Assembly (NCBI GenBank): GCA_010909165.1
Contig: MU008164.1
Span: 2,073,595-2,137,594 of the forward strand
Length of the DNA: 64,000 nucleotides
DNA from: Anthoceros angustus
Taxonomy: Eukaryota; Plantae; Anthocerotophyta
Direction of reading: 5' to 3'
This document shows positions 61,592 to 64,000 of the stretch, piece after piece. Numbering within the stretch: position 1 is the first letter of the stretch; the number at the start of each line of letters is the position of its first letter. Below the pieces are notes generated by a model. That model ran no database searches and was not told the origin of the DNA. It worked only from the letters and a program-made list of their open reading frames with translations. Made by a program: the position numbers and the translations under genes.

Positions 61592-62888
61592 GTGTGCTCG
61601 CTGCTTGTTCTGATGCTAAGGTAGGGTGGGCTGCGATGCTCTTCACTGCGCTCTTGAACCCCGGAGAAATTGACGCCGGGAGCAAGGTCACGGCATTGCG
61701 CCAACCTCAAGAGAAAGCGCCAAAGAGCGGGTGCCTAAGCGCGAGGACCGAGAACTACCGAGAAGTCGTTCGAGAAGATGACCTTCTCTCGAGCGTCGGG
61801 TATAATCGGCGCTGGAAGGTGTCCTTCACGCTAGTAATGCCGAGTCCAAGATCGTACGTGCGCGCGACTTTCGCCGACGGCGCCGGCGCGCACAATCCGT
61901 GTCGTTGTAGGAAGGAGTCCGTCAAGGGAATGTGTGGTGACCACATGGTACTCGCAATTTAAAGGAGTGTTTTTTTTTTTGTGTTTAAGTTAGAATCGTG
62001 TGGAGTGGGAATGAAGTAGGTTAGGAATAAAGAAAAGTCTACTAGAGCCTAGTAGGAGGAAGAGGGTCTAGTCCACGATCTGACGGAACCACGGAGGGTT
62101 GGCTGCCGGGGTTGCTAACGCGGTTGCTAGGGGCCGTTGCTTCGAGGCTGTTGCTATGACAAGCCAGGCTGAAGTGCTATGGTAGCAACCAAGTTGGAGT
62201 TTCTTTCCAATGACTTGAAAATCCAATCGGATGGAATTACAAGGGAATACCCAAAGCGGGAGTAAGGGGTCCTATTGGCAATTAAAACGATGGCGGGAAG
62301 AGGATTTGCGAATCCAGCGGATTGAAGACGGCGCGCGCCTCAAGCTCGGAGCGTAATTGTGGGAGGCGGGCGAGCGCCGAGGAAGGACACAAGGGCGGTG
62401 GCACAGTGTCGCGCATCAGTAGACAGCTGCAGGGAGGACCAATCGAGGATTGGTGGGTCCGGAGGATGCGGCGTGGGAGGTGGGCGGTTCAGTCTTCTGG
62501 TGCCAAGAAGTTGGGAAGAGCACGGTGGGTTGGATAGGGCCAGTGTAAGTGGTAGGGCTGTCGCAAAATTGGTGGAAAAGCGGGGTGGTGGTGGCACGAT
62601 CTGGAAGCATTCGAGGAATGTCTGGAAAACATAGGGATTCTTATAACCAGGAAGCGGGAGCATGGTCAACGCCACAAGGGTGGGCATCGAGTAGCTGGAA
62701 CAGAAACGAGGGCTCGGAATAATCGGCGCGGTCACGGGCGGATAGGGGTGAGGCGTGCACCGAGGTCTTGTTTAACCGTGATTGCGATTCCAGCCAGTAA
62801 AATCAGCAGACACTCACCGCCCGTGGTAGGCCAGTGTTCCCAGGATCCTCCATCTTGCGGTCGAGGCTAAGGTGAATTTGGGACGAGC

Positions 62889-64000
62889 ATGGCGCCTAAG
62901 AAGAATACTCTTCGCCATTGAGGCCATTACGACCGCCCAATGGCCCAATATGGGGCAACGGAGAGTGAAGGCGGGGTCTTTGGTGGCTAAGCATCACTGT
63001 CCTTCATGGACAAAAGTGGTGCTACAATAGCCCTCGTTGGTTTTGGAGTGCGAGGCGCATGAGGAGAAGGCCATAGGGAAGGCAACGTGAGGACCAACCC
63101 GCTGGGATATATTCCGGGCTGTTTAGAGACCAAGAGGAATGTGGCGGGATAATCATTGACCCTTTAGAAACCATCTCCTCAAAAGCAGGAGGCACAAGCG
63201 GTCATTGCTCCCACATTGTCTAGAGTGGAGAATGGCTGGGTCACCAACAAGCTAGACCACAGGCTGGATTAGCCAAGTGGATCCTGTGCTCTCGGCTCAT
63301 TAAGAATGGAGCACATTGACCATTTCCTTGTCTTTCTCTATGAGGTGGTGAGAGGGTCCAAGATAGATTGGGCAGGATGTTCTATGACACGTGCAGGAGG
63401 GACCACTTGACCCTACCATCACCTAGCCCCTCTCTATCTCCTTCTTAATCCACGTTTTCGACCATGCCAGTTCTTTGGAGGGAATGGAGATGGTCTCGAC
63501 CTTTCATTTGGAGGCCGTTTGAAAGAAGGAAGCCCAAAGAGGAGTCGGAGGAAGAGGCCATCTCCAGTGGCGGGAGTGAAGATGAGAAGTCCAAGTGTCC
63601 AAGGAATGTGACCGTGGCTAAGGTAGCGACCGGTTGCTAAAACAGCTACGTTGCTAAAATACAGTACCAAGAGGGCGGGAGCAACGGGGACTCCAACGAC
63701 ACCTAGAGCCACAAGAGCTGCAGAGCTCCACAGGCCAAGCAAAGGCAAGGCAAGGCCAGGCAGCACCAATATCCCAGGGCCGGGGGAAACCACGAGCAAC
63801 AGGAGGAATCAGCCCAACCCTTGGGCACGGCCAGCTGGTCCGAGAAAGTGACTACTGCTCAACGGAGTGGCTTTCAAGTATACCCGGAAGTTGTGGCGGG
63901 TCATGCAGATAGGAAGGAGGAGCCCATTCAGCAAGGTCTGGGACCTAACATCACCCTCAGAGTTGGTTCACTTCTATACGCACCGGGCGAGATGGAAGAT
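62889..64000 (+). mobile_element. Frameshifted retroelement accessory-ORF-like sequence (MAPKK...), running off the window
   Basis: MAPKK start, ITTAQWPNMG..VKAGSLVAKHH, later YEVVRGSKIDWA..FYD. IDWA..F-type motifs are typical of extra ORFs of plant Ty3/gypsy elements. Confidence 0.45.

Overview
Gene-dense land-plant nuclear DNA with short GT-AG introns. The compact layout plus a DYW:KP-type PPR gene suggests a hornwort (inference). 1-31 kb: 5'-truncated TOR kinase gene, a 1-kb tandem duplication ending in a hAT-type MITE, a secreted jacalin-like gene, initiator tRNA-Met, dolichol kinase, a PLS-class PPR protein with a KP-type deaminase domain ending in VQH, NAA50 and a DUF3223 (DOMINO1/EMB514-like) gene. 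29-39 kb: a segmental duplication carrying two intronless WRN/WEX-like 3'-5' exonuclease genes with acidic GW/WG-rich N-termini; one has an intact DEDDy site and the other has E->Q and Y->F substitutions in an intact ORF. 40-53 kb: a transposon nest with a LINE ORF1 remnant, a hairpin satellite, a decayed DUF7869-like transposase, an amino-DNA-methyltransferase-like fragment, gag remnants and several sub-kb duplications. 53-64 kb: tonoplast dicarboxylate transporter and NFU genes with frameshifts (probably assembly errors), a PPR remnant, a GC-rich minisatellite and two divergent paralogous retroelement-like ORFs. Best leads: the active/dead GW-exonuclease pair, the VQH-ended DYW:KP editor, and the transposon-linked methyltransferase fragment. 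All identifications are by eye from motifs; no searches were run.
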